From positions 1 through 64,000 of IMG/VR virus record IMGVR_UViG_3300026522_000028: a stretch of 64,000 nucleotides of DNA; one strand, 5' to 3'. The position numbers and the translations under genes were made by a program. The stretch comes from a virus. Taxonomy: Duplodnaviria; Caudoviricetes. Below the pieces are notes generated by a model, which was given only the letters and a program-made list of their open reading frames with translations, ran no database searches and was not told the origin of the DNA. The number at the start of each line of letters is the position of its first letter. Positions within the stretch are counted from its first letter, which is position 1. Below, piece after piece: positions 8,901-17,543 of this stretch.

Positions 8901-9056
8901 CTTGTAGAACTCTACGACGCCACGCATCGTCCCGTGGTCTGTAATGGAAAGCGCGGTGGCTCCCAGTTCTTTCGCCCGCGATACCATCTCTGGGATCGTC
9001 TGGTATCCATCGAGCAAGCTGAAATGACTGTGGTTATGCAGCGATACGTATTTCAT
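5916..9056 (-). CDS. dnaE: DNA polymerase III alpha subunit (family C, PHP domain)
   Basis: HNHSHFSLLDG, TDHG, PDIDTD, KLDILGLRTL, FNRSHAVSYA motifs. Confidence 0.95.
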   Translation of the reverse strand: MKYVSLHNHSHFSLLDGYQTIPEMVSRAKELGATALSITDHGTMRGVVEFYKECKAQGIKPIIGCEFYFCPDITVRDRSMTHHLVLLAMNDVGYRNLKELDTIAYKEAHMFYKPRIDVDDLRMHSAGIICLSACMASIVNTPDGEEWFEKFHDIFGDRFFAEIQPLNIDKQQEYNAKVIGLARKYNVPLVVTTDAHYARPEDEPYHYLWLQIHGNGYHDNENYQWSEDELRKTPWIPDDVKDECIESTARIAEMCNVEIEFGGMHYPVYTDRDAGEVVREICRKNWKAKVPHGHYAEYAERFEAEMKDLEATNYLNYLLIIWDLVNWCVKNNIPVGEGRGSAAGCLVGYLMGFHKVDSIKFGTEFFRFCNPYRVTMPDIDTDVSTNQRSRIIDYIREHYGTVYKVTTYGYTKNPDKPDVGKQAVLRAEQALEKEEFLSLSDAAQAEVKRRKSNKLDTGLRWTHERVLAVTRQLKESLDEILTVPSDFTKEERERLLDVSKHFAGRLDKEGVHASAILVTPDAVEKYCPIEGCTSTNTSTGKREYIRVAAFEYHTLEAMGLLKLDILGLRTLDIIDDCLKMIDVPLSLESIPMDDAKTYQMYADGNTTGVFQMESPGMQKIARELHVNSFDDLAVLVALYRPGPLDSGMLQQYIDAKNGKIEVTYPCEAMEEIAGSTYGVLVYQEMIMKIAMKMAGYNLGQADALRKVIGRKELTKIKEAVAEFVAGCEKNGYSHEVAAEVAKQIEAAGRYCFNRSHAVSYAKLSYKTAYLKAHYPVQYMCALLNSRSDQKKLLPYIEECRRMKIRILPPSLKVGNLTWTVEGDALRVGLTYIKGVGEIPQLPSLDWDTVVSSYNKRVVENLIKAGAMDYTGKSRGWMIANLQSTKEVMERKAHCKERIKYYEEQAWSTTDEKKHRHAKDMRLKWYQKLGEVMFVENAEKRYDAIAGEMEVLSFSFHELPKVLIGTPKDIHEFTDKNGGLMARITFATDYGDISGIVFSSAWKKQKYHDRYRGWQRGISVEPGHRYEFMRNKGGVIVDAIEQEQARK

Positions 9057-9244
9057 TCAATCCCCCGTTTCATTGGCTTTCCGTTTTCGTCTAAGACTCT
9101 CTCGCAGGAATGAATATGCTCTGTTCCCTTGTACTCCTTTTTGATAGCAGCTTTGTTGGTAGCCCAGACATTCCTCACGGATTTCTTCTGCGACTCGTAT
9201 TTGTCCCACGATTCAACGCGGTAAAGATATTCGTACTTGCCCAT
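9053..9244 (-). CDS. Hypothetical protein
   Basis: AAGGAG RBS; stop overlaps the dnaE start. Confidence 0.6.
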   Translation of the reverse strand: MGKYEYLYRVESWDKYESQKKSVRNVWATNKAAIKKEYKGTEHIHSCERVLDENGKPMKRGIE

Positions 9245-9261
9245 TGCTTTCTCCTTTGCTG

Positions 9262-9438
9262 TCACAGTTCGATTCCCTGCGGGTAATGCCCGAGGCTGTT
9301 CCACGCGCAGAGATAACGGAATAATTTGTTGTTGTCCTCATTATACATCGGAGGTACGCAGGAGAAAATGTCAACGACTGACATGTGTTCCCGCTCCTGA
9401 ATCTTCGTAATCTCGCGGCCAATCTCATAAAAATACAT
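9262..9438 (-). CDS. Hypothetical protein
   Basis: AAAGGA RBS before ATG 9438 (MYFYEIGRE...). Confidence 0.5.
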   Translation of the reverse strand: MYFYEIGREITKIQEREHMSVVDIFSCVPPMYNEDNNKLFRYLCAWNSLGHYPQGIEL

Positions 9439-9491
9439 AGACACCAATCCTTTCGTTCCAAAATACATAGGAAACCTTCGTAGACGCACGA

Positions 9492-9570
9492 GAATGCCCC
9501 TCATACCTCTATGACGTTATAACGCTATACCTCTATAACGTCATACCTCTATAGAGGTACGTGGGGCATC
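9492..9570 (-). repeat. Dispersed copy of the parS-like 8-bp array (about 7 units)
   Basis: CATACCTCTATGACGTTATAACGCTATACCTCTATAACGTCATACCTCTATAGAGGTAC; flanked by TGCCCC/GGGGCA inverted ends. Confidence 0.8.
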
Positions 9571-9589
9571 TCAGGCGTCCATTTTTATA

Positions 9590-10393
9590 TCAAAGATACT
9601 TTGCGATGAAATAGCTCTGGCCTTTCGGCGTGATTTCCGTTGTTTTTGTGATTGACCTGAATCCAGTCGCGGGATTCGTCCACGTCGTTTCCTTGATATG
9701 GAACAGTCCTGATTCCATAGCTTTCTGTGTCGGGATGTTCCATTCGTTCTTCGACTTCTGCAAGAGGTTATCATCGCGGAGTTTTTCAAAGAGCCTCGTG
9801 CGCCCAACATGAGCGCCGCTCTGACGGAGAATCTTTGCCATGTCTCCGATGCTGATGTTCTCCTCTGCCGATGTAATGGCTTTGCCGAGCTCCGTCATCG
9901 GCTTCTCGCGCTCGATCCTTGCTTCGAGGTCTTTGGATTTCTCCTGTTCTGCTTTGAGCGCTTGGAGAAGACCGATGGCAAAGTCGGGGTCACTAATGAC
10001 TCTCGCCATCGTCTCCGTTGTCATGTACGCGCCGTGCTTACGAATGCTTGGGAGAACATCGTTCGTTACCCAATGCTTGAACTTCTTCGCCGCTGGCAGT
10101 TTTGAACCGAAGACCAATGCATACACGCCTGATTCGTTGATGAACCAGTTGTCCTGCCGACCGAAGGTTTCCTGCATTTCCTTTAGCGAGCTAAAGAGTT
10201 TTCCCATTTCGTTACCCCTGCTTCCACGCAGGAACTTGTCTTCCTCATCAACGTGGTCGAGGATAGCTTTGTTCGTGTTGCGGTATCCAAGGATTTCTGC
10301 AACGTCTTTGCCAACGAACCACGGGCCATCTTCGAGACGTACCGTGCGAACCGAGCCGAACTCTTCATTGTTGAAAATCTGGACTTCATTCAT
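9590..10393 (-). CDS. Phage antirepressor (Bro-N plus KilAC/ANT C-terminal domain)
   Basis: MNEVQIFNNEEFGSVRTV...PWFVGKDVAEILGY; C-terminal ISIGDMAK...GRTRLF...TPKGQ.YF. Confidence 0.9.
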   Translation of the reverse strand: MNEVQIFNNEEFGSVRTVRLEDGPWFVGKDVAEILGYRNTNKAILDHVDEEDKFLRGSRGNEMGKLFSSLKEMQETFGRQDNWFINESGVYALVFGSKLPAAKKFKHWVTNDVLPSIRKHGAYMTTETMARVISDPDFAIGLLQALKAEQEKSKDLEARIEREKPMTELGKAITSAEENISIGDMAKILRQSGAHVGRTRLFEKLRDDNLLQKSKNEWNIPTQKAMESGLFHIKETTWTNPATGFRSITKTTEITPKGQSYFIAKYL

Positions 10394-10546
10394 AAACTTT
10401 TTCCTCCATAGATAAAAACATTGCGGCGTTGTCCCGACGAGCCCGAAGCTCCTTCAGGAGATTTTTTAACATGCCCTTGCGCTCGATGAATCCCGCCGCT
10501 TCATCGGCGGGCATTTTGATGAGCGCATTGAGAATCACATCAGGAA

Positions 10547-10786
10547 TCAATTCAATGCCTCCATTCTCTCGATGAGATCACGGACGAACCGTTGGTCGCT
10601 GCGACGTGCGATGCGTCTCTTTTCTTTCTGCGTGCAGAACTCTGTAGACAGATGGTCGAACATCGGGTCATCGCGGAAGTTCCAATGGTGCGGACACGGC
10701 GGCATCTTGTCCCCATTCTTGTAAGACTTCGCATACTCATAGAGGTGCGGCTCCTTCGTCTGTACTGTGAAACGAATGTACTTCAT
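10547..10786 (-). CDS. Hypothetical protein
   Basis: GGAGGTG RBS; first gene after the promoter. Confidence 0.6.
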   Translation of the reverse strand: MKYIRFTVQTKEPHLYEYAKSYKNGDKMPPCPHHWNFRDDPMFDHLSTEFCTQKEKRRIARRSDQRFVRDLIERMEALN

Positions 10787-10834
10787 GGTATCACCTCCTC
10801 GTGAATCAAATAACATCTTTGTTAATTCACTTAT

Positions 10835-10863
10835 ATATTACTACGTTAACAAAAATGTGTCAA
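10835..10863 (-). promoter_or_regulatory. sigmaA promoter of the antirepressor-dnaE operon
   Basis: TTGACA-17-TAATAT; imperfect inverted repeat GTGAAT...ATTCAC just downstream. Confidence 0.65.
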
Positions 10864-10870
10864 GCAAAAC

Positions 10871-10906
10871 AAAAAAGAGGCCCGACAGATTTCTCTGCCG
10901 AGCCTC
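10871..10906 (-). terminator. Terminator of the late/lysis operon
   Basis: GAGGCTCGGCAGA-gaaa-TCTGTCGGGCCTC-TTTTTT. Confidence 0.8.
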
Positions 10907-10911
10907 GAATA

Positions 10912-11469
10912 TCACAGGCAACCGTGGAGGATAATGCCCCCGGCGACACCTGCAAGGAACGAACCGATGTTCGTCCGATGACGTTTCTTCGTCTCATCCT
11001 TCTTTACCTCTTTGACCTCTGCGTCCTTCTGCGCTTCGAGCTTCGCGGTGTTCTGTTCGACCGCCGTCTGCACCTCGCGCTGGACAATCGGCGTCACATC
11101 GAGAACCGTCTTGGATTCCTGCTCCACCTTGAGCTTTCCTTTTTCAAACTTCTGCTGCTCATTGTCGAGCGTCGCGAACTTCGTCTGCTGTCCATTGTAG
11201 TCAACGACAATCTCGGGCCTCTTCGTCGCGATCTGGACATCAGCGTCGTGCGCCGATTCCTTCGGGACGTACTGCACCTCCGTCTTCGTCTCCGCAGCGA
11301 CAGGGACTTTGACCTCTTTGACTTCCGTGACGGTCACGGGCTTCTCTACGATGTTCGCACCGAAATGCTGGCACGCTTTCCAGCCTGCGAAAAACGACAG
11401 GCCAGCGATGAGAAGCACGATGAGCACCTTTACAATCGCAGCTTTATGCTGCATGATGAAGTCCATCAC
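10912..11469 (-). CDS. Lysis accessory membrane protein (spanin-like?)
   Basis: N-terminal TM, extended/coiled middle, C-terminal hydrophobic segment; follows the endolysin. Confidence 0.55.
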   Translation of the reverse strand: MMDFIMQHKAAIVKVLIVLLIAGLSFFAGWKACQHFGANIVEKPVTVTEVKEVKVPVAAETKTEVQYVPKESAHDADVQIATKRPEIVVDYNGQQTKFATLDNEQQKFEKGKLKVEQESKTVLDVTPIVQREVQTAVEQNTAKLEAQKDAEVKEVKKDETKKRHRTNIGSFLAGVAGGIILHGCL

Positions 11470-12059
11470 TCTGCCTCGTAGATGTAGTCAGCGTCGAGCT
11501 GCTTCCCTGCAATCGTCGCGGAATCCGTGTACTGCCACATGTAGCCGCAGATACCATCGACACCATCGCCCGGACATGGCTCCTGCGGATTGCTATACCA
11601 GCTTGCATTCCAGACGGCGCAGCCGAGGGACTGCCAATCGATGTAGTTGTTCAGCCAAGACTCGCTTGCATAGACACCGCAGTTCAGACCGATGTTTTCG
11701 ACGAACGTCTGACAGAGTGCCGTCGCATCCGCTGGATCAAAACCGTGACGAGACTTCCAGCCATCCGCGTCCTCCATATCATAGAACACGGGAAGCTCCA
11801 GCATAACCCCAGCTTCGTCGATGGCATTGCGGCAGTTCTGCGTGTTCCGCAGAGCATCATCGGTGTCCGTCGAGTAGTCGTAGTGGTATGCGCCGACGAG
11901 AAGACCTGCGTCATGTGCGCGGTTTACGTTGTCGAGGAACATTGTGTCGCGACCGTTCTGCCCATAGGAACAACGCACGATAACGAAGTCATAGCCCTCG
12001 GCTTTCGCCTCCGCGAAATCGACGTACCCGTTGTTTTCACTTACATCAAAACCTTTCAT
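11466..12059 (-). CDS. Endolysin, GH25 muramidase
   Basis: MKGFDVSENNG, VGAYHY, VFYDMED, WQYTDS motifs. Confidence 0.9.
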   Translation of the reverse strand: MKGFDVSENNGYVDFAEAKAEGYDFVIVRCSYGQNGRDTMFLDNVNRAHDAGLLVGAYHYDYSTDTDDALRNTQNCRNAIDEAGVMLELPVFYDMEDADGWKSRHGFDPADATALCQTFVENIGLNCGVYASESWLNNYIDWQSLGCAVWNASWYSNPQEPCPGDGVDGICGYMWQYTDSATIAGKQLDADYIYEAE

Positions 12060-12367
12060 TTCACATCATCCTTTCCATACGGCCTATCATTTTCCGTCGA
12101 GTTGAATTTGCTATCGGTGAGATACTTTGCCTGCGCTGCGCGTGCGATGCCGTAAATCGTAGCGCCAGCGGTTGCCACCGTTGCGATGCCGGAGACACCG
12201 ATGTTCAACTCGAACTTCGTCCCGAAGATTCCATTGAGCCAGAAACCTGCGAGGATCGATGCCGTCCAGCAGGTCAGCAGTAGAAGCACAATGGCCCCCG
12301 CGCCATACACGAGCGCCATGTGATGCACCTCCGACCACGATGCAAACTTCTGAATCCTTTCCTTCAT
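12056..12367 (-). CDS. Holin-like two-TM protein
   Basis: Two hydrophobic segments; directly upstream of the endolysin. Confidence 0.65.
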   Translation of the reverse strand: MKERIQKFASWSEVHHMALVYGAGAIVLLLLTCWTASILAGFWLNGIFGTKFELNIGVSGIATVATAGATIYGIARAAQAKYLTDSKFNSTENDRPYGKDDVK

Positions 12368-12606
12368 TTCAACACCCCCCAGATTGCGATGCCGACCGCG
12401 ATACTCCACGCGAGAAATTCCTTGATCCCGAAGAACTTTGCCTTGTTCTCTTCAAGGGACACAATGCGCTCCTCATGTTCGTCGAGGATCGACGTGATCC
12501 GCGTGTTCTCCTCTTCTCTCGCTTGCAGCATCGTTTCCATTCGCGCAATCCTCTCGGACATTTCCGAGAGCTTGTCGTAGAATTTGATGACTTGCGATTC
12601 ATCCAT
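12364..12606 (-). CDS. XhlA-like holin/lysis protein
   Basis: Coiled N-terminus plus a single C-terminal TM; GAGGTG RBS. Confidence 0.6.
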   Translation of the reverse strand: MDESQVIKFYDKLSEMSERIARMETMLQAREEENTRITSILDEHEERIVSLEENKAKFFGIKEFLAWSIAVGIAIWGVLK

Positions 12607-12619
12607 AGACCTCACCTCT

Positions 12620-12985
12620 TTACGTCTTAGGTTTCGCCTTTTTATCGTAGACGAACTTGCACGTCGCTGGAGCACCGAACGGCGTCCTCTTCGTCATCGA
12701 TGTACTCGGCTTCGAGCGACAGAGCGTAACGAGCTTCAGCGAAGGACAACCAGCGAAAGCCTTTGCCTCGATGATCGATACGTTCGACGGGATGTACAGT
12801 TCCTCCAATGCCGTGCAGCCATTGAACGTGTTGTTATAGATGGTGTCGAAGTCATCACTATGCGGGATAGCGAGGTACTTTGCGCTACCCTCATAGAACC
12901 CGATGTCAGGTTTGTTCGCCGTCACGTTGCCGCCAGTATCTTCGCTGGCCGTATGGCAATCCTTGAGATAATTTATGAAAACCAT
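12620..12985 (-). CDS. BspA-like leucine-rich-repeat protein
   Basis: NTFNGCTALEELYIPSNVSIIEAKAFAGCPSLK...PFGA. Confidence 0.75.
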   Translation of the reverse strand: MVFINYLKDCHTASEDTGGNVTANKPDIGFYEGSAKYLAIPHSDDFDTIYNNTFNGCTALEELYIPSNVSIIEAKAFAGCPSLKLVTLCRSKPSTSMTKRTPFGAPATCKFVYDKKAKPKT

Positions 12986-12989
12986 ATCG

Positions 12990-13394
12990 TCACCCCCACT
13001 TGACTACGGGCTCATTGTCTGCGCCCCACGGGTATCCACCGATGGAGTTCGCAGGTTTGTGAATGACAATCGTCTCTGGCGAAGTGTCCGTGAAGCAATC
13101 CGCTGGGAGCGACGTGATAGTCGATGGGAACGTCACCGTCCCGATGCTACAGTTGCAAAATGCCTTGGAATCTACCTGCGTCACGCCCTCGGGGACATTG
13201 ATGACAAGCGGCGTGTTCGGCCAGACATCGTTGAAGATGTAGCCGCGTAGCTTCTTCGTTCCCTCGGGGATATTCACTACGGAAAAATCGTCGGCATGAT
13301 AGATGATTTTCGTTGCCATCTCGGAGAGCTCATTGCTCCCCGTCTCAATCTTCGTTACCGTACTGAAATCAAACGGTATTGTGTTGATTAACAT
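12990..13394 (-). CDS. BspA-like leucine-rich-repeat protein
   Basis: VNIPEGTKKL, INVPEGVTQVDSKAFCNC, TFPSTITSL...YPWGA. Confidence 0.75.
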   Translation of the reverse strand: MLINTIPFDFSTVTKIETGSNELSEMATKIIYHADDFSVVNIPEGTKKLRGYIFNDVWPNTPLVINVPEGVTQVDSKAFCNCSIGTVTFPSTITSLPADCFTDTSPETIVIHKPANSIGGYPWGADNEPVVKWG

Positions 13395-16147
13395 TACATC
13401 ACCACCAGTTGCAATTTGATGTCAATGGTCGGAACCGTCTGCATCGCACAGAGCGTCATGTAGCCACCCTCCTGCCAAACACAGGAAATGCACGCTTGCG
13501 ACACAGCTTTGAACATATCAATCTCGGTGTTCGTTGGGAGGCCGAGGAATACAATGGAGTCTGCTTTGATGAGATCATTAGAGAACGAGAACTCCTTGTT
13601 CTTCCACGAGGCTGCTGGGACGGTGAGGTCGATGACATTCTTCGTCACCGTTGCAGTTTTCGGGAATACGAAGTCGAGCACGACGTTATCGTCCGTGCCA
13701 GAGTTCGTGACGCTCGGCGTATCTCCTGTCGTGACTGTGCCAATCTTCACATGGCTGCCACCACCGTCAGAACCCGGATCACCTTTCTCGCCCTTCGCAC
13801 CTTTCAATGATTCAAGCCATGCTTTCTCATCGCCTGTGAATCCGTTCTTCTTTGCAATCTCGTAGGCAGACATACCAGAAGCACCTGTCGAACCGTTGCG
13901 TCCGCGCAGACTTGCCAGCCATTCTTCCTGTGTCCCTCGGAATCCATCGTCTAACGCAACGTCGTATGCGCTCTTACCTTTCTCACCCCTCATGGATTCG
14001 AGCCACGCTTTCTCGTCACCCTTGAATCCATTGTCTACTGCGGTCTGATATGCGGATTTACCAGCAGCACCATCCTTGCCATTCGCGCCGTCCTTGCCTT
14101 TGAGCGATTCGAGCCACGATGCTTCCGAGCCTTTATATCCATGGGCAACCGCGATCTCGAATGCGGACTTGCCGTCAGCACCCGGCGTTCCCGGTGTTCC
14201 CTCTTTGGAAGTCCCGCCGCCAGCAGGGATCGTGAAGTCGAACACAGCATCGCGATCCGTGCCGACGTTGACAACGCTCGGAGTATCGCCCGTCTTCACC
14301 TTGCCAACTCTGATTGTCGCAGCTGTACCGTCTTTGCCCTGCATGGACGCCAGCCACTCTTTCTCTGTCCCTTTGTATCCATTGTCTACTGCGGTCTGAT
14401 ATGCGGACTTACCTTGCATGGACGCCAGCCATTCCTTTTCGGTTCCCTTAAATCCATTGTCCAGCGCAGACTGATATGCCGACTTGCCTTTCATCGACGC
14501 CAGCCATTCATCCTCGGTTCCCTTGAAGCCTTTCTCCACCGCATAGCGATAGGCATCTTTGCCATGCAGGGAGGCCAGCCAATCGTCCAAGGTTCCCTTG
14601 AATCCCTTGTCCTCTACTGCGTGACGATATGCATCCTTGCCGTGCAGGGATTCGAGCCATTCCTCCTCGGTCTTGTCGTAGCCATGGATGGACGCGAGTT
14701 CGTATGCGCTGCGCCCGTCCTCACCATCGACACCATCGAGGCCGTTCTTGCCTTTCAAAGAATCAAGCCACGAGGACTGTGACCCGTGATAGCCATTCGC
14801 TACTGCAACATCGTATGCCGATACGCCATCCTTGCCGTCCTTGCCATCCTTGCCGTCTTTGCCCTGCAACGACTTCAGCCATTCATCCTGCGTGCCTTTG
14901 TATCCGTTGTCTACTGCGACCTCGTAGGCATTGCGGCCATCTTTGCCGGGGACTGGAACATAGGTAGTGTTCGTGACCGTCGTAGTCTTCTCCCCAGTTT
15001 TCTCGTCGGTCTTCGTTTCGGAAGTCGTAGTAGTCTCCGTCTTCCCCTGCACGCTCCAGTCCTGCGGGAACGTGAAGTTGATAACGGCATCGAGCTCCGT
15101 GCCTGTGTTGGTAATCGCGAGCTTATCGCCGACCTTCGCCTCGCCAATCTTGACGTGCGATGTCGTGCCATCGAGTCCGCGCAGAGAGTTCAGCCATGCT
15201 TTCTCGTCGCCTTTGAATCCGTTGTCCAGCGCAGACTGATATGCCGACTTACCTTCTGGGCCAACGAGAGACGCAAGCCACGTCGATTCATCACCCCCGT
15301 ACCCGTGTTGCACCGCAATGTCATACGCAGAATATCCGTTCTCGCCACGGGCAATATTATCGAACGACGGAACCTCGAAGTCCCAGACCGATGCATTCGG
15401 CGAACCACTATTGTGGATATCGAACTTGTCGCCGACCGTGATCGTGCCGATCTTGACCGTTGCGCCGCGACCGTCGAGGCCATTGTGTCCATCCTTGCCG
15501 TCCTTGCCATCCTTGCCATGCAGCGACGCAAGCCAGTTGACTTCCGAGGATGTGTACCCGTTCTTCACGGCAATATCATAGGCGCTCGCACCATCCTTGC
15601 CGTCTTTGCCATCCTTGCCATCGACACCGTTTCTGCCGGGCGCACCATCGGAACCTTTGAGCTGGTCGATCCATTCCTGTTCCGTTCCTTTGAAGCCATT
15701 CTTCACGGCGATCTGGTAGTTCGATTCACCCGGCGCACCCTTCATCGATGCCAGCCATTCATCCTGCGTACCTTTGAATCCTTTTTCAACGGCGTAAGCA
15801 TAGGCATCTTTGCCGTCTTTGCCGTCCTTGCCATCGACACCAGCGCGGCCCGTGTCACCTTTGTCGCCCTTCAGCGTCTTCAGCCATTCGTATTCTGTGC
15901 CGACGAAACCATTCTTCTTCGCGATGTCATAGGCAGACATACCATCTTTACCAGCGGGGCCGACCTGTCCAGAGCCACCTTCCTTAGTTCTGTTATCGTA
16001 GAGCCAGCGCAGGTCTTCCGCGATGACATCATAGACACCATTGTTGTCGCCCGTCGTGAACGGGGACTCCTTCGATACGACGCCGTTCTTTGCGATGAGC
16101 CCGTCCTTGTCGCGCTGCTCTAAATATTGGAATCCAGCGTTAAGCAT
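13394..16147 (-). CDS. Collagen-like repetitive tail fibre
   Basis: G-X-Y runs; 17 copies of a G.SAY..A...G+.G...WL.SL.G module; 4 copies of an (I/V)(K/R)(I/V)G....G...V.N.GT....(V/L).F..P module; start MLNAGF at 16147. Confidence 0.85.
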   Translation of the reverse strand: MLNAGFQYLEQRDKDGLIAKNGVVSKESPFTTGDNNGVYDVIAEDLRWLYDNRTKEGGSGQVGPAGKDGMSAYDIAKKNGFVGTEYEWLKTLKGDKGDTGRAGVDGKDGKDGKDAYAYAVEKGFKGTQDEWLASMKGAPGESNYQIAVKNGFKGTEQEWIDQLKGSDGAPGRNGVDGKDGKDGKDGASAYDIAVKNGYTSSEVNWLASLHGKDGKDGKDGHNGLDGRGATVKIGTITVGDKFDIHNSGSPNASVWDFEVPSFDNIARGENGYSAYDIAVQHGYGGDESTWLASLVGPEGKSAYQSALDNGFKGDEKAWLNSLRGLDGTTSHVKIGEAKVGDKLAITNTGTELDAVINFTFPQDWSVQGKTETTTTSETKTDEKTGEKTTTVTNTTYVPVPGKDGRNAYEVAVDNGYKGTQDEWLKSLQGKDGKDGKDGKDGVSAYDVAVANGYHGSQSSWLDSLKGKNGLDGVDGEDGRSAYELASIHGYDKTEEEWLESLHGKDAYRHAVEDKGFKGTLDDWLASLHGKDAYRYAVEKGFKGTEDEWLASMKGKSAYQSALDNGFKGTEKEWLASMQGKSAYQTAVDNGYKGTEKEWLASMQGKDGTAATIRVGKVKTGDTPSVVNVGTDRDAVFDFTIPAGGGTSKEGTPGTPGADGKSAFEIAVAHGYKGSEASWLESLKGKDGANGKDGAAGKSAYQTAVDNGFKGDEKAWLESMRGEKGKSAYDVALDDGFRGTQEEWLASLRGRNGSTGASGMSAYEIAKKNGFTGDEKAWLESLKGAKGEKGDPGSDGGGSHVKIGTVTTGDTPSVTNSGTDDNVVLDFVFPKTATVTKNVIDLTVPAASWKNKEFSFSNDLIKADSIVFLGLPTNTEIDMFKAVSQACISCVWQEGGYMTLCAMQTVPTIDIKLQLVVM

Positions 16148-17543
16148 TCGCATCTCCTCCTTTTTCTTTCTCTGCCTGCTTCTCCTCGAAATACTCATAG
16201 GCATCAATGACATCGAGGAACACGCCATCGAAGTTTGCACGGAGGATGAGGTCGAGGTACGAGTCATCCGTGCCGAACAAAATTTTCTTCCATTCGTCCG
16301 TCCAATATTTCACCTTGAAATCGCCGCCCCAGTCGAGGTTTGGCTCCGCAATCCAATCGCAGTACGACACCGCTTTCTTCCAATCCATGTGATTCGGGGA
16401 CTGCGGGTCTTCGGAGTCGTGCTTGTAGTTCGACCAGCGGTCATCCCAGTATGGACGGTAGACCTCTGCCTCGCCGAGTGACATGTAGCAGCATAGCATT
16501 CGACGAGAACCATTCGGCTTGTGCCGCATCCGCTCCACGTCATTTCGACTAAGGACTTCGCCGTTGTATTCGAGGTCGATGATGAGGCAGTCATACCATG
16601 TATCTGCCATTTTCTCGATGTAGTCTTCCTTGCTGGAGAAAGGAGGATTCACGTCAGGCTGCGAGTTCAGCAGAACCATGAAGTTTTCTATGTCATCGAT
16701 GTGGTAGCAGTCGTTAACGTTGTGCGGGAAGTCATACGTCGGCAGCGATGACAGTTCGCGATCCGTACATACGCAGTCACCGAATCCATTGGCTTTCGTA
16801 ATCTCGAACGAATGCTTTACCTTGTCAGGGCTCCAGCAGTAGTCGATGACGAGCGACCGCACGCCGACGTTCTCCGCGATATGCATGAGCCGATAGAACT
16901 CATCACGGTACTGCTGCGGAGTCTCGCGGTCATCCGCTGTATTCCAGTAGATGTCAGCGCCATAATTGACATCCTCGACCGTCACGGCATCGACCGTCTC
17001 GCCCATCTTCTTCGTGTCCTCGTATGTCCAATCGTGTGTCGCGTCAGGCTCGAAAATACCGACGCCACCATTGTTGATGATGGTGAAGCCCGGGTAGTTG
17101 CGCTTGGTCGCGTAGCTTCGGATGTCCATGATGAGCTGGAGCATTGCCTTGTGATAGTTCGCTGGGTCTGGCGTGCTCGTCGTATGAGGAACGACAACAT
17201 ACGACGGGACGAACGTGAGGCCACGCGGCTTCGCATTGACATCGAAGATGACTTTGCAATCCGCAGGCGCACCCCACGGAGCACCGGGAATCGTACCGGG
17301 CTTTTTCGCAACGGTGATCTTCTTCAGCTTCGGGCAGTTCAGGAATGTATGCGGGTGGATCGTCTCTGTGGCCGAAGGGAAGAACACTTCTTCGAGATTC
17401 GGGAAATTGACGATGGAATATTCGCCCGTGCCGCTGTACTCCTCCGTGAGAGGAACCTGCAAATACGTTGCTTCTCCAGAAAGAACCTCCGCATCCAGCG
17501 GCGGTACTGGGTGATTGTTCACCCATGCAGTATTCAAAAACAT
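16140..17543 (-). CDS. LRR domain fused to a GH114/PelA-like (TM1410-type) endo-alpha-1,4-polygalactosaminidase
   Basis: N-terminal LRR (FPNLEEVFFP...FLNCPKLK...APWGA); CYMSLGEAEVYRPYW, VKYWTDEWK, FDGVFLDVIDAYEYF. Confidence 0.75.
   Translation of the reverse strand: MFLNTAWVNNHPVPPLDAEVLSGEATYLQVPLTEEYSGTGEYSIVNFPNLEEVFFPSATETIHPHTFLNCPKLKKITVAKKPGTIPGAPWGAPADCKVIFDVNAKPRGLTFVPSYVVVPHTTSTPDPANYHKAMLQLIMDIRSYATKRNYPGFTIINNGGVGIFEPDATHDWTYEDTKKMGETVDAVTVEDVNYGADIYWNTADDRETPQQYRDEFYRLMHIAENVGVRSLVIDYCWSPDKVKHSFEITKANGFGDCVCTDRELSSLPTYDFPHNVNDCYHIDDIENFMVLLNSQPDVNPPFSSKEDYIEKMADTWYDCLIIDLEYNGEVLSRNDVERMRHKPNGSRRMLCCYMSLGEAEVYRPYWDDRWSNYKHDSEDPQSPNHMDWKKAVSYCDWIAEPNLDWGGDFKVKYWTDEWKKILFGTDDSYLDLILRANFDGVFLDVIDAYEYFEEKQAEKEKGGDANA

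Noticed and set aside
5916-9056. Intein or intron in dnaE or terL
   Set aside because: Both reading frames are continuous and of ordinary length, with no splice motifs.
10800-10830. LexA (Cheo) box at the antirepressor promoter
   Set aside because: The inverted repeat does not match GAAC-N4-GTTC; SOS control cannot be claimed.
16148-16267. N-terminal extension of the collagen-like fibre in the ORF track
   Set aside because: It overlaps the upstream gene; the AGGAGG RBS and homology with the paralogue place the start at 16147.
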